A stretch of 64,000 nucleotides of DNA. Origin: Takakia lepidozioides (taxonomy: Eukaryota; Plantae; Bryophyta). Numbering within the stretch: position 1 is the stretch's first letter; every line of letters begins with the position of its first letter. This document shows, in pieces, positions 40,968 to 53,615 of the stretch. The translations under genes were made by a program, and so were the position numbers. Below the pieces are notes generated by a model. It saw only the letters and a list, made by a program, of their open reading frames with translations. It had not been told where the DNA came from and searched no databases. The stretch covers positions 55,242,001 through 55,306,000 of the forward strand of contig CM060732.1 in assembly GCA_030704615.1 (NCBI GenBank), in the 5' to 3' direction.

Positions 40968-43247
40968 TCACCAGTAATCCCCACAAGAACAAACCCCATG
41001 TTGGAAGTGGTGAAAGCGGTTTGCATCCCGTACAACAACTTCTCGCCCAACAATCTTAGAGATAAACTTGGTGGCTGTGTGGCAGTCACCACACATACGC
41101 AGGTTGTTGATGATCCGAATAGGCATCCCAGGGGGCTTGCTAATGATCCCAAAAGCAATGGCCAGTTTTTCACTGTGGTGGCAAAGAGAACTTTCTTTTT
41201 GCTCCTCATCCACATCATGCAATACACAACGCATATCAGGCACATACCCAGACTCCTTCATGTGCCCAGACAATCTCTGCAGCTCAGCATGGATTTCCTT
41301 AGTTTGCGGATGTGATCTGTCTTCTACAACAAATATATGCAACTGGTCGTCCACCTCAATGCAGCTGTGCCCTGGCTCCTTTCTAACACCTCTGTCCTCC
41401 ATCATTTTTCTAATCTTTGATTTATCCTCCCACCTGCCAGCCGCAGCATAGATATTTGATAGCAGCACATAACTTGCAACATGATGTGGATCCAACTTGA
41501 GGAGGCACTTTGCTGCATGTTCTGCTACCTCCACATCCCCGTGAATTCTGCAAGCACTGAGCAAGGCCCCCCACACCCCAGCATTTGGTTTGATTGGCAT
41601 TTTGCTGATGAAGTCCTCAGCCTTCATCAATCTCCCTGCACGGCCAAGAAGGTCCACCATGCAGCCAAAATGCTCCACTGTAGGAGCCAGGCCATGATCT
41701 TGACTCATGGAATTGAACAGGTGTTGGCCTTCATCCACTAGGCCTGCACGGCTACATGCAGAGAGTAGAGATGTGAAGGTAATACCATCCGGCTTGAAGC
41801 CTTCACGTTGCATTTGTTCAAATAGTTGCAGGGACTCTATGGCACACCCATGCTGGGCACATCCTGAGATCATTACACTCCATGACACCAAGTTTCGTTT
41901 AGCCATACGCTTGAACACTTGACACGCATCATTCAAACTCCCACATTTGGCATACATGTCAACGAGGGCAGTCTCTAGACTGACATCCTTCCCTATACCA
42001 GCTTTGCTAACATCAGAATGAACCTCCTTGCCCCTTTCTAGGGCTCCTAGGCCAGCACACACATTGAGAACGCAAATGAACATGACCCTGTTGGGCATCA
42101 TGCCTTCACACCGCATCTGCTGATAGATTCTCAAAGCCTCCCTATTATATCCATGCTGAGTATATCCTCCAATCATCGCACTCCAAGAGACTACGTTTCG
42201 TTTAGACATCTTGTCGAACACTTGTTGTGCATTCTGCATGTTCCCACACTTGGTATACATTTCCACCAGGGCAGTCTCCAGAATGCTATCTGGCACAATT
42301 CCAGCTTTAATAATGTCAGTATGGATCTGTTTGCCCCTTTCCAAGTCTCCTAGGCTGGCACATGCATTGAGAAGGCCAGTAAACGTGACCCTGTTGGGAG
42401 TCACCTCTTCCCCTATCATATGCTCATAGAGATGGAATGCCTCACTACTACACCCATGTTGAGCATATGCTGCAATCATCGAGCTCCACGAGACTACATT
42501 TCGCTTAGCCATATTGTCAAACACTTGACGAGCATCTTTTATGCTCCTGCATTTGGCATACATGTCTACAAGGGCAGTCTCCAGAATGACATCAGGTGCA
42601 ATTGCAGCTTTCATGATGTCAGCATGGACCTCTTTGCCCTTCCCAAGGGCTCCCATGCTTGCACATGCATTTACAACAGATGTGTATGTGACCTTGTCAG
42701 GGATCACCCCTTCCCGTCGCATTTGCTGATAGATCTTGAAAGCCTCCCTACTACAGCCCTGTTTGACATATCCTGCTATCATAACATTCCATGTAAATAA
42801 AGTTCGTTCAGGCATTTTGTCGAACACTTGTTGTGCATCCACTACACTTCTGCACTTGACATACATGTTGACCAGGGTGTTGAGTAGAGAGATGTTTGGT
42901 TTAAATCCACTATTCATAATGTGGGCATGCACTTGCTTTCCCTCTGCTAGGTCTCTCATCTTGATGCACTCCTGCAAGAGACAAAGATATGTATCGGAGT
43001 CGGCCCGGACGCCTCCTTGAGTCAAGATATGTCGTGTCTCTTTCAGTTGGCCTGCCTTACGTAGGATCCTTACATCCTCACACATGCCAGAAGAATTCTT
43101 GTTGACTTCATCTCTTTGTCCTATTTCAAAAGCTGCGGTGATGGTGGAGGTCCTATCCCTGCTGCCAGTTGGATCTCCCACAAACATATGTTGTTGATTC
43201 AACCCTGCTATCAACTTGACGTCACAAACCTTTCCACTCAAACTCAC
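40968..43247 (-). CDS. PLS-E1-E2-DYW pentatricopeptide repeat protein (C-to-U RNA editing factor, PG-box type); probable upstream exons ~43320-43540 and ~44380-44626
   Basis: 14 regular L/S/P motifs, E1/E2, [32 protein letters not shown] all intact. Confidence 0.96.
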   Translation of the reverse strand: MSLSGKVCDVKLIAGLNQQHMFVGDPTGSRDRTSTITAAFEIGQRDEVNKNSSGMCEDVRILRKAGQLKETRHILTQGGVRADSDTYLCLLQECIKMRDLAEGKQVHAHIMNSGFKPNISLLNTLVNMYVKCRSVVDAQQVFDKMPERTLFTWNVMIAGYVKQGCSREAFKIYQQMRREGVIPDKVTYTSVVNACASMGALGKGKEVHADIMKAAIAPDVILETALVDMYAKCRSIKDARQVFDNMAKRNVVSWSSMIAAYAQHGCSSEAFHLYEHMIGEEVTPNRVTFTGLLNACASLGDLERGKQIHTDIIKAGIVPDSILETALVEMYTKCGNMQNAQQVFDKMSKRNVVSWSAMIGGYTQHGYNREALRIYQQMRCEGMMPNRVMFICVLNVCAGLGALERGKEVHSDVSKAGIGKDVSLETALVDMYAKCGSLNDACQVFKRMAKRNLVSWSVMISGCAQHGCAIESLQLFEQMQREGFKPDGITFTSLLSACSRAGLVDEGQHLFNSMSQDHGLAPTVEHFGCMVDLLGRAGRLMKAEDFISKMPIKPNAGVWGALLSACRIHGDVEVAEHAAKCLLKLDPHHVASYVLLSNIYAAAGRWEDKSKIRKMMEDRGVRKEPGHSCIEVDDQLHIFVVEDRSHPQTKEIHAELQRLSGHMKESGYVPDMRCVLHDVDEEQKESSLCHHSEKLAIAFGIISKPPGMPIRIINNLRMCGDCHTATKFISKIVGREVVVRDANRFHHFQHGVCSCGDYW

Positions 43248-43938
43248 ATACTATGTCTCGAAAGGTCCTAGACAAATCAAACCAAGACCTCCATGAGGAC
43301 AGGCTTCTTGCTACATACTAACAGGTTACAAACTACTGCGGTCACCTTAAATTGAGAATAAAGATGTCTATCTGTTTGACTTGGAACCTCTGAAACATCG
43401 TCAAAACAATACCCATCGAATTCTTGGTCTATAGCTCCAGGGTGTACATTGACATAAGACTCGTCACCAGACTGTGCTTGACCTGGTAGCATAGCAGCTA
43501 GCTCTGTTTTCACCCAAGGCAGGCTCAACGAACCCTTCAATCCAAAGGACCTCCAGTAGGTGCCTATGTCTGAAGTTTGGTGATCTTGGACATTTCTGTG
43601 ATAACCACCAGTGGGCAGAGCTAGCTAGTTTAGGCCAGCCTAGAAGCACCAAAGCTTTGAGCTTGTGATAAATAACAGGACCCAAACCTTTCACCGGCCT
43701 CTAATACAGAGGAACAACCTACTGATAGCTTCAATCAAGCATCCTTTAAACTTCTGGCATGTCCAAATGAGGATAGCCTCACCTTATCAAACCGGTGGTC
43801 CCACCGCTGTGAAGGAACTGAGAAGAGGTCCTGCCACAGGCGGTCTATGTTTGTTGCTTGGCCTGAATTCAAACCCACTAAATAAGCTCCTGATCCATTT
43901 TGAGAAAGCTACTGTAGGCTTTCCATGAAATTAACATC

Positions 43939-43941
<3 letters not shown>

Positions 43942-43974
<33 letters not shown>
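43942..43974. repeat. (CA)n microsatellite
   Basis: Seen directly. Confidence 0.95.
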
Positions 43975-43978
<4 letters not shown>

Positions 43979-45807
43979 CTTAGCAATCACAACGTGTCCT
44001 ACATCTGACAAAACTCCATCCACATAAAGGAGTGAGTTTAATTGCACCCCATGGAACGTGCGGTGGTATTTCCGTGGAAGCAGACTCATAATTCTCATCT
44101 TGGGCATGCAAGCCCTGTAATTTCGTACGTGTCACACTCTCTCTCCAGCAAAGATGACAGAAGAGAATCTCAGAAGTTCCTAAAAGAGCTAATGAAACGA
44201 GGACAAGTGTGTTGATTACACTCAGGTTCTTCAACAGCCCTTGAACGATGATCCAGTGGAGTTCATCGACCAAGATAGTGCTTTGAGCTGGGATGGATCA
44301 GAACAATATGGAGCCTGGATTGCTCCGACGCACGCAATTTAGAGACCCAACAAACACGCAAAGAGATTCATGTCCGTACCTTTATTCGTTTCCTCTGGAA
44401 GCTGGGAAGGCTTTGCATCCATCACTGCCAAGAGTCTCGCACCCCGCATTGGCAGGGTACAAGCCCATTTGAGCTCCACCGCCTGGCATAACGTGAGGTC
44501 TCCCGCCCGTGCAACGTAAGAAGGCGGCATGTACTTCGGTATGCCCTCTCCCTGCGCAACCACCGCCATCGCTGTTCCCGTGGAGAGGAAGAAGAGCTCC
44601 AATTCCCTCAGATCATGTTTTGTCATCGACAGTAAACGAGTTTCATTAATGAGCCATATGAGCTAACAGGTGACATCAAACTATGGATTGCGGCTTGTAT
44701 TGTAATAAAGGTGTCGATCACCCGCGCATAGATTTATTTGCAGGGATTCTCAGCAGATTCACTTTTGCAACTGCTTGAAGGGGTCTCCGAGGAGAGGGCG
44801 ATTGAGCTCAAGTGGTTGGAGTTGGTAGACGGACTCACCGGCTGTGCCTATCATGAAGGTAATCTTCTACGGAGTGAACTGAAAAGCACCGGATCTTTGT
44901 GAAATTTCTTGCGCTGTTCCATTTTCCGTTTTCGATCCATATGGTTTGTGGAAGGTGGTGGAGCCATGAACAGTCTGTTCCATATAATGGGTTTGCAGAT
45001 TATAACAAGATATGAGGGTAGGTCGACATTCAGGAGTTGGAGTGTTGTTTAAAACTTTTACTTTGGAGTCCAGAGGATCGTGGAAATGGGTGAGATGGGT
45101 AAGTTCAGTGTTACAAGCTAGGTCATGTTCAATATCACAATATGGTAGAGAGAAGAGAGAGCGAGTAGTTCCTGCCTGTTTCATGCCAGCTTGGTCTTAA
45201 AGGGGATAAGAAGCAATCTTCCTGAAGACGCTGGCGGGGTTTCAGCCCACAAGGGCATATCAAAACCATCCGTAATTGCTATAGCACACTCGACAAGAAT
45301 CCGGTACTGGAAATTGAGAGTTGGATGATTCACCGAGCTGGTATATACATTATGGTACAAAACAGGGTCGTGATGCCACCACCGTGAGCCCCCAATGCCG
45401 CACTGCCGGTGACGAAATAGAGAGAAGAGACATAGTCATGTTTGGGGTCCTGGGTGCAGCTATGGTGGGGCGGTGTTAAAAAGGCTCAGGCGGCATCGCG
45501 GAATTCACTCCTTGCACAAGCGTACCACACCAGGCGGCACTCTGGGGGTCGATGCAATGGAAGCTCTCGGCCATCCTCTTGTTTGCGGTGAGCCTTGACA
45601 GAGTACTAGGGAAATTAAGCTATGCTAGATATGTCAGAACCTTTCAAAGCCGTTGCTGGGCTCACAGGGTACCTATATTGGGTCCTTCACTGTATATGAA
45701 CTTACCATCAAAGCATTGGAGCACCAGGATGCTATAGTTGAGCTGCAGCTAAAATTCGGCATCATATTTGCTCCCGTGGCAGGGGTGATGAGCGCGATTG
45801 GGAAGCC

Positions 45808-48800
45808 ATGTGGTGCTGTCCAAGTTCCAAATTTTCAAATGGGGTCGTGCTGAAACGACTCTTCCGTGCTACCACTTTCTTTGAAGGGATTTGCCAGCCG
45901 AGAATGAGTAGTTGCTTGACACAGTCTTTCCTGGATAGTGGGTTAAATGGAGCATACAGCTTAGGGGTAGGGAGGTCAGAATTCAGTAGTCAGGCCAGGG
46001 CAGCAGGCAGAAAGGACGATGGATCAAGGGGCAGCCAGCTTGTGATGGAGAGTAGGAGGTTTGGCGAGAACAAGTCGGAAGCAATGCTCATGTACTTGGT
46101 GGCGATGGTCGTTGCAATGGTGGGAGCAACATATGCTTCGGTGCCCCTCTATCGCAAGTTCTGTCAAGCAACTGGCTATGGTGGCACCGTTCAAAGGCGG
46201 GAGGTATGCACCACCCTTTCAGCAGCCTGTACATGTTGGACGCTCCACTGATGGGCTGAGTGCAATATTCATCTTTCGTTTGTCACATCATGCTCTGCAT
46301 CTCTTGTTGGTTTGACATTGCAGAGGATGTCAATCCATCTGTCTTTTTGTTTCTCCCACTGCAGAGGGGTCAACTCTGAGGTTAAGAAAACCATGCTTTG
46401 TCGCGTTATTAGACCTGCCTTGGAGTACGGATCTGCTATATGCGTTGATAACTCCAACCAGGCTAAGTCTCTAGAATCCATTCAAGTGGGGGTGCTTAAG
46501 GAGTGTATGTCAGCATGCTCCAAAACAGCCAATGTGGCTGTTCGGGGTGAGTTTGGCATTCTGTCCCTAAGCTCCCGACGAGATGAATTCAAGGTCAGAT
46601 GGTGGGGTCAGCTGCAACATATGCCCAACACCAGATATCCTAAGTTAATCGACTCTATATCTTGGAAACAGGACCGCCCTGTCAAACAGGCTAAGTCCTG
46701 GCAGAAGAGAGTAGAAGAGATTCTCAAGGACCTGGACCTGGATCCGCAAGTCTTGACCCTGCTGGATAAATCTGACTTAGAGTCTGTAGTGTCCTCAGCC
46801 ATGTCTGTTGCCATGAGATTGTCTGATGAAAATGAAGTTAGGCAGAAAACTTCCCTGAACTTGTTTCCAGTCTGTGACATGGGGGAGGACATCTTGGATG
46901 ACCTCAAGGGTCTACCCACTCTCGGCACTAGACTGAAATTTAAACTCAGGGCAGGAAGCCTACCTATGAACAGCAAACAGAAGCAGAGAGGAAAGGGAGA
47001 GTGCAATTGCCCGTTGTGTGGGCAATCTGAAGACAGTATTCATTTTCTGATACACTGTCCGGGGTTCTCTCACCAAAGAGACGCTCTCTTCAAATCTATC
47101 AAGGGAATTGTGCCTGTACCCCTGTTTACCAACTTTGAAAGTCTCGAGGCTGAGCCAAAAGCCCAGGCCCTCCTGAGGCCTAGTTTTTGGGCAAATCACA
47201 CACAGCAGATTGATGCTTGTGTGAAGGGATTTCTAGAGGATATCTGGAAAACCCGGATTAATTCTTTATATGGAGGTAAGTCTTACTACCAACGTCAGCC
47301 CCTGACAGAGGTAGGTTCTGTCCCTTTTGTTCCCGCAAAACTGGGCGGGGTCAATGGCACAAGGCTACGGCAAACAACGTCTTATGAGCCCTGGGGTCAA
47401 ACTGGGCGCGGGGTCAATGGCCACAAGGCTACGGTGAACAACGTCTTATGAGTACAATCTCTCCCCTGGTTGGGAAATACTAGACTGAAAATTAAACTCA
47501 GGGTGGGAAGCCTACCTTTGAACAAAAAACAGATGCAGAGAGGAAGGAGATTAATTGCCCGATTTGCAGCCCAGCTTTCTGATACATTGATATTCTCACC
47601 AGAGAGTGACCCTCTTCAGGAACATCAAGAACATTGTTCCCACACCTCTGTTCACCAACTTCGAAAATCTTGAGGCTGAGCCTAAAGCCCTTGCCCATTG
47701 GGGTCTACTTACTGGGCAGCTCATACACAATGCTTGTGTGAAGGGCTTTCTAGAGGATATCTGGAAGCCCGAACTAATTGTCTTTATCTTGGTAAGTCCA
47801 TTACTGGAGTGAGCCCCTCACAAAGGTAGTGTCTGTTCCACCTAAACTGGGCGCGGTGTCTATGGCCTCAAGGCTACAGCAAACAACATCTTATGAGTAC
47901 ATTCCTTCCCCTGGTCTCTGTCTATCACAAGAGTTAGTGCAACTAGAGATGCGTGTGTAAGATAGAGAGCTACATAAGCAGTTGTGGATAATGCAATTTG
48001 AGCACACTATTGAAACTCTGAAACTGGATAGTCGATCACTGGTGCATAAGCACTACAGCCACTTCGAGTTGAGTTTCACAGCAACCGCCCCTAGAACGGC
48101 ACGTAGGAACAGCCATGAGCATAACTCTCTCTACTTGGGTCAAAGTCACATTAGGTGAACAGGAAATCTGGGAGGGTGATGATCTGAAGACAGTATGCTT
48201 TGTGATGTGACAAGACGGCCTCCTGCAGACTGTGGAGGAGAAGATTGCACGCCACACTCCTCAAGAGACTGAAGCAGTGCGGTATGACGCTATGTCTCAA
48301 CCCCTCTGATGAGGTCTTCATTTGATAAAGTGCATAATAGTGCCTAAGGTGAATTAAATTAACTGCCTGCCAAGAAGCTTCAAGGCCTTCAGCCCAATGG
48401 TTGGGCTCGTGGGGATGACATTCTCTGCATTTTCTTGCAGGAGTTTGGTTGTGCAGTTCAATGCAGATGTTGCGGATGGCATGCCCTGGAAATTCACCCC
48501 TTCACAACGTGAGGTGAGGTACTTCGGACCAGCCTCTGTGCTTCTAAACTTGAAATCTTGCTATTCTATTAACTGTGTGTATGGGTGTGTATGACAGTGC
48601 ACTTGGTATGCTTTGAAACTGGTTGAGATTTTGCCTACTGCATGTCTGTGTGAACGGAGTGACTGGGAGCAAGGTAGAAGGCAAGGTGCCAGTAAAGGAA
48701 AGAAAGAAGACACTCCACGATTTGAACATTATAATGTGTTGGGATGTCCCTTTCTTGCACGGAATCATATAAATAGTGGAGCACAGACTGCAGCATTGGG

Positions 48801-50175
48801 AGGAAAGCTGTGAAACATCTCTATTCCAGAAAATATAAGTATGCTAAGCTGCTGAAGGTGACAGTAGAACATGATTTTGGGGGGCCAGGTTCAGGTAAAG
48901 CCGGGGCAGAGCACGCTGGCATTTTATACAGCTGAAAATACGAGCTCCAAACCAATCACGGGTGTCTCCACCTACAATATAACTCCTATGAAGGTGACTG
49001 ATGCTCATAATCTTTGACTCAAAGGTGTCCTCTAATGACTCTCCACTGTCTCTTGATCTGGGTTTCTCCCTTTTCTCACAAAAGTGGGACTGGCAGTGCA
49101 ACAGCTACATGGGTCACTTCAATCTAAGATGAAGACCACAGTTGCACTGATGATACCAGTATCTTGCTCTCTGTTGTAACATCAATGCCTGACCTGTTAT
49201 GAGTGCTCAAACTCCTGTATTGACTGGGTTGTCGTTGGCTGTGCACAAGTACCATGGGATTTTTGGCGTGAATTTCATACCATGGTGATTTAACACCGGT
49301 TTTTTGGGCAGTTTAGTATACCATGGGACTGTCGCTTTAAGGGCATGTGACAGGGCAGTGGTCACAGGGAACCATTGACGAGTACATCCTCCCCTGCCTC
49401 TTCCCTGGTTCATGCTCTTTTCAACCCGACCTGGGGTCTTATTTCCACCACGGCAACAAAGCCGTGTCTAGCAAATTCCACATTCTACCTCTCACTGTTC
49501 CTCCCCTTTCTTCTACTCTCCTGGGCTTTCCCTGTGCTATTTGCTCTTGATCTTAGAATTAGTCTATACTAAAGCAAAGATGGGATGCAGGCAGGGATCT
49601 ACTTTAACAAAATCCAATGCTTTTGTTTTGAGGAGCAACGACTTCTACCAGGGGAGAAAATTGACATGCCGGTAAGCTTCTCAGGCCATCTGGCACTCTT
49701 ACCCACAGCAGTATAGTATGACATTGATAGTACGAGGTTTGACGGTTATTTTATACGAACATTCACTTCTCGATGTCACATTTGTGTGGAAGATAAAATT
49801 CTGACAATCAATTTGTCGTGAGCTGTTTGAGAGTCATACGGGCAAGAGAGGGATAGCGAACAAGTACCGCAAGGGAAAGATGAACAGGACTTGGAAAAGA
49901 GAGTTAAAGAGTGGCAGTTGCATACCCAGTTCATCACCTACCTGAAGTGGTTGTAACCTGCAAGCTCTGTGGTCACAAGGCAATGGCACCTGCGTGATGG
50001 CAGACAAATCCTTTAAAGGTCTAGGAGAGTTTGCTTTCTATTGTTTCAAATGTTGATGCGGTTGCAGGTGTTCTTTTACATTGATCCAGAGTTCGCTTCC
50101 GACCCAAAGATGGACGGCATCAACTCCCTGATCCTTTCCTATACATTCTTCAAGGTCGAAGATGTGCCAGAATAG
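45808..50175 (+). CDS. COX11: Cytochrome c oxidase assembly protein COX11; exons 45808-46203, 48229-48281, 48441-48513, 48889-48993, 49591-49671, 50068-50175 (271 aa)
   Basis: [43 protein letters not shown] copper motif, MPVFFYIDP, LSYTFF; phase-consistent GT-AG introns. Confidence 0.96.
46362..47913 (+). mobile_element. Head-to-tail 5'-truncated LINE copies in COX11 intron 1 (46362-47469 with duplicated 3' end; 47470-47913)
   Basis: [31 protein letters not shown] (post-RT domain and zinc knuckle); recurrent 3' end tgagtacaatctctcccctgg. Confidence 0.88.
49836..49913 (+). pseudogene. Short 25S/28S rRNA fragment in COX11 intron 5
   Basis: gatagcgaacaagtaccgcaagggaaagatgaacaggacttggaaaagagagttaaagagtg closely matches the conserved eukaryotic LSU segment (ccgatagcgaacaagtaccg.gagggaaagatgaaaag.actttgaaaagagagt). 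Confidence 0.85.
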
Positions 50176-51169
50176 TGGAGGCCGGTTGTTTGGCCATGCG
50201 TATTGTCAACAGATCTAACAGGTGCCTAAAAATGCAAATGCAATCCTGTGGATTTCAATTAATGGCTTACACTCTCCATGATTGAAAACCAACCTTAGCC
50301 CCTCAGGATCAAGCCTCATCTGGACAGATTTTGAAAGGGAATGGAAGTACTTTTAAGAACTCCAGCAGCTCTTGTGCACTGTTGGGGCACCACAAGTCTT
50401 TGAATAAACTAATTTGGTGTCATATGGTTCTGCAGACGATATGCCCTTTGGTAGCACAGGCTAAAATCTGAATAGATACTTGTCCTTGTCTTGATGAGAA
50501 CCTTACCTTGTCGGTATGGTTTGAAGGCCCATGAAAAGTCTGAAAGGGTCCTTCGGCGGAAATTCTGCATAGCATCAAACCCTGAAATCAGGTCTAGACA
50601 CTGGAGTTACATTAATTGCATGCCAGCATAAATGTGCACGGGAAATGGGGTGTGAGTGTCCATCAATGTACTATTTGTACACTGGGTACATTGTACATAG
50701 CACATAGCACACTCACACTGGATCATCCATCAATGTAACTCCAATGATCCATGATATGGAGTGTGAGTGTGCTAGTTTGCAGGTGTCTACCTATTTTCAC
50801 CAGACTGTTTACTGTAAGAACCTGCAGATCGTGTAGGAGTATATTTTTCAAATATATCATACTTTGGAAGTCAACGGAAGTCAATGTTAAATCGGCAGTT
50901 CAGTCACTCATTCATAACTACATCCTCATCTATTTTGTTAACCCCAGCCAAACTCATTTGAGGGTACTACTCTCCCCTGGAATTGACCTTCACATCCCAA
51001 CAATCCTCAATGGATTGGTGTTTTACGAGAGTCAACAAAATGTATGGGATGTTTCAGAAAGAAAAACATAAAGACAAAGATAGAAAGGTTTGGCGATTTC
51101 GCAGCCTACAGCGTCACTGTGCACTCCCTATCTACTCTGTACAATGAATAGTGTGCAGTTTACTTCCTG

Positions 51170-51400
51170 TTGAGATCTAACTTTTGGGCTGCTCACACAA
51201 AGCGCGTGAACGGCTATTTAGAGGATATCTGGAAAGCCAGAACTAATTGTTTATATCAAGGTAAGTCCCACTACTGTAGTGGGTCACTCATAAAGGTAGT
51301 GTCTATTGTCTATTCCTCTGTTTCCAATCAAACTGGGTGTGGGTTCTATGGGCACAAGGCTACGGCAAACGAAGTCATATGATGAGTACATGCTCTCTCT
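51170..51400 (+). mobile_element. 3' fragment of the 46362-47469 LINE family
   Basis: FWAAHT..LEDIWKART..GHKATANEVI* + gagtaca. Confidence 0.8.
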
Positions 51401-51584
51401 ACCCTAGTTGCTTACTGTAGACAACGATGTTCCGATCTGCAGTGGCCACAACCATGAGTGGGTGGCGCACACTCATTGCATAACAGCGCTCTGGCAATTG
51501 TTGTGTGTGTGCTGGAGTTTGCTGCCGTAGGTCCCAGTACCTGCACACCACCCTGTTAGTTAGATTACTGGATCTGTTAACAAC

Positions 51585-51875
51585 AAATGAAATGAAATGA
51601 AATGGAACACTATAACGTCCGCAGAAAGCTCAAAGAGCTTATGAGACAAAAGGAAAGCAAGAAACAAGAAAGAAAGACAAAGCCACAAGCAGCCCAAAAG
51701 CACCTACTGCTCAAGGGATTGCCTAAGGGTCAAAGCTTCGTGCAGAAAAGCTGCCAAGCATTTCTGATCCTCATAATGGAAGACTTCAGTGAGAGATGGG
51801 TTTCACGGAATAGACAATAGACAGTGTAATCTTCCACTGATCTCATAGTAAAGAGGGCAGTAACAGAAGAAGTAA
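51585..51875 (-). mobile_element. 3' fragment of the 24210-28980 LINE family
   Basis: (CATTT)n tail, ataagctct.tgagcttt..ggacgttata, ggatcagaaatgcttggcagc shared. Confidence 0.88.
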
Positions 51876-52357
51876 TTTTTGGTGAAAATAACATACTTGA
51901 ATGTTTTGTCCCAGCTCCCGGTCACCAGTAGGTTCATTTCAGGAATCCAGGATATATCCTTGATGGGGGCCACGTTGATGCAAACAAGGATTTTTGGTAC
52001 GTCCTCATGAGTAGGAAGGAGCAGCTGATGGGTTGGGGCAGCTGTTGCAATCCCACCCTGATATCAAGGGACTGAAAGTTCCTAGATCTATTCCTCCAGA
52101 AACAAATCAACATGAAAAAGCAAAAAAACTCACTGACTGATCATGAGAGATGGCTGCCTTGGGAATACTATTTCCATTTGATTGAATCTCCCAATTTTAG
52201 CACACCACTAGGAGTCCACCTGGAGGAGCCGCACTTTTGTTTATGTTCCTTCAATTTGTATCAATTTCCCTTATAAGGATTCGCTTTTCAGTCAAAAGCA
52301 AGAAGGTTGCAAGGGGATGTGACCTGATTGTCCCAAGATGAAGCAACAAGGTAGTTA

Positions 52358-52550
52358 GCCTTTGCACTGAAACTTAAATTCGATATGCTGTCGCTCGGGG
52401 GTGACACAACCTATATATATGCCATATATTAGTTCAGGTTCCACCTTCTGGACCCAAACTTCAAGAGCTGTGATCTTCAAGTGTGAGTTTTTTTCAGGTT
52501 GTGTCACCCCCGAGCGACAGCACATCCAGTTTAAGTTTCAGTACAAAGGC
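52358..52550. mobile_element. MITE-like fold-back element with ~55-bp terminal inverted repeats (Tourist-like?)
   Basis: gcctttgcactgaaacttaaa..tgctgtcgctcgggggg tgacacaacct / aggttgtgtcacccccgagcgacagca..tttaagtttcagtacaaaggc. Confidence 0.8.
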
Positions 52551-52860
52551 ATATATAAGTATAGCATTCTGTTTGCTATATATTGCAAAACTTACCTATC
52601 ATCAGCATACTCTTAGAAGAAGAATACCTATTTCGCTCTGGCGAGCATGCTCACTGCTACCCAACCTCTCGCCCAACAAGGCTACAGAACTGCCCCAGCT
52701 ATGTGCCTCCGGTTTCTCCAGCAAAGCTTCTTTTTACATCTATTTTTTACCAACAAAACTCTCCATAAAAATTAATAATAATAATGATAAAACTCTCATC
52801 GTGATCGAGTCCTGATCTTCCGATAGCAAAATGTTGCCGTTTAAAATATCATAATATTAA

Positions 52861-53050
52861 TTTTTAGCGACGACAGAAGGTCGGAAGCTAGTTTAGCGAA
52901 GAGCAGGAATAGGGTGCCACAGTGCCACGTCATCATCGCCACGTTTTGTCGCCACGTCGTAGACACGTCATCGTCAAGAAGTTTTTGGAACTTGCCCGAA
53001 TTTCCCGGAATGGTCTTAGCAGGCCGTTGGGACCTGCCCGGACTGGCCGA
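52861..53050 (+). repeat. Second copy of the 3115-3310 module (hairpin + CACGTC-rich segment)
   Basis: tttttagcgacgacagaaggtcggaagcta..gagcaggaatagggtgcc..gtgcca..tcgccacgttttgt shared with 3115-3240. Confidence 0.85.
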
Positions 53051-53544
53051 AATGTTTTCTTGGTCTTATCATTTGCAGATTATGAGTAAGTTACACCGCA
53101 GGAGCTTTCCCAGGATCTTGCACGATGGTGGGACAACTGCAATCGCAAGGTATGGCTTTATCTTAATCTACGAGAAGAAGTTTGTCCATCCTGCAAATGT
53201 GGGCTCCTGGCTCTCTTGGCTCCTGTTAGTACCGTGATTGGGTATTCACCCTGGTGGTTCTCAGACCAATCTGACATTACCTGACTACAGACACAAGCAG
53301 TACACACAAGAGGTCCTTCTGGGTTCATGGTCGGTCAAATCCTCCATTGGTCATGACACAAGGTCAAGGACAATGTGGTGAGGGCACCTTCTTCTTCGAC
53401 CTATTTCAGCCTGTTTTGCCCTCTCATCAGACTCGGCCTTGAGAGGCATATTGAATTCTGTAAGTGAGAGCCGCAGGAGCTCTCAACTGTAGACTATTGT
53501 ATGGGCACTGCTGTGACCTGAGCCCAGATCTGTGGTGGTTTGGA

Positions 53545-53615
53545 GCAGTGGACATGTATGCCAAATGTGGGAGCATTGAGGATGCGGAGGGAGTGTTCAA
53601 CATTATGGCTGAACA
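53545..53615 (+). pseudogene. Isolated PPR S-motif fragment
   Basis: [23 protein letters not shown]. Confidence 0.8.

Noticed and set aside
40968-41400. DYW:KP (U-to-C) editing domain
   Set aside because: It has a PG box, HSE and terminal DYW, i.e. the canonical C-to-U type
46312-47451. 379-aa ORF as an alternative COX11 exon or host gene
   Set aside because: It is LINE C-terminal sequence; the nearby AG acceptor is out of phase with the phase-0 exon-1 donor
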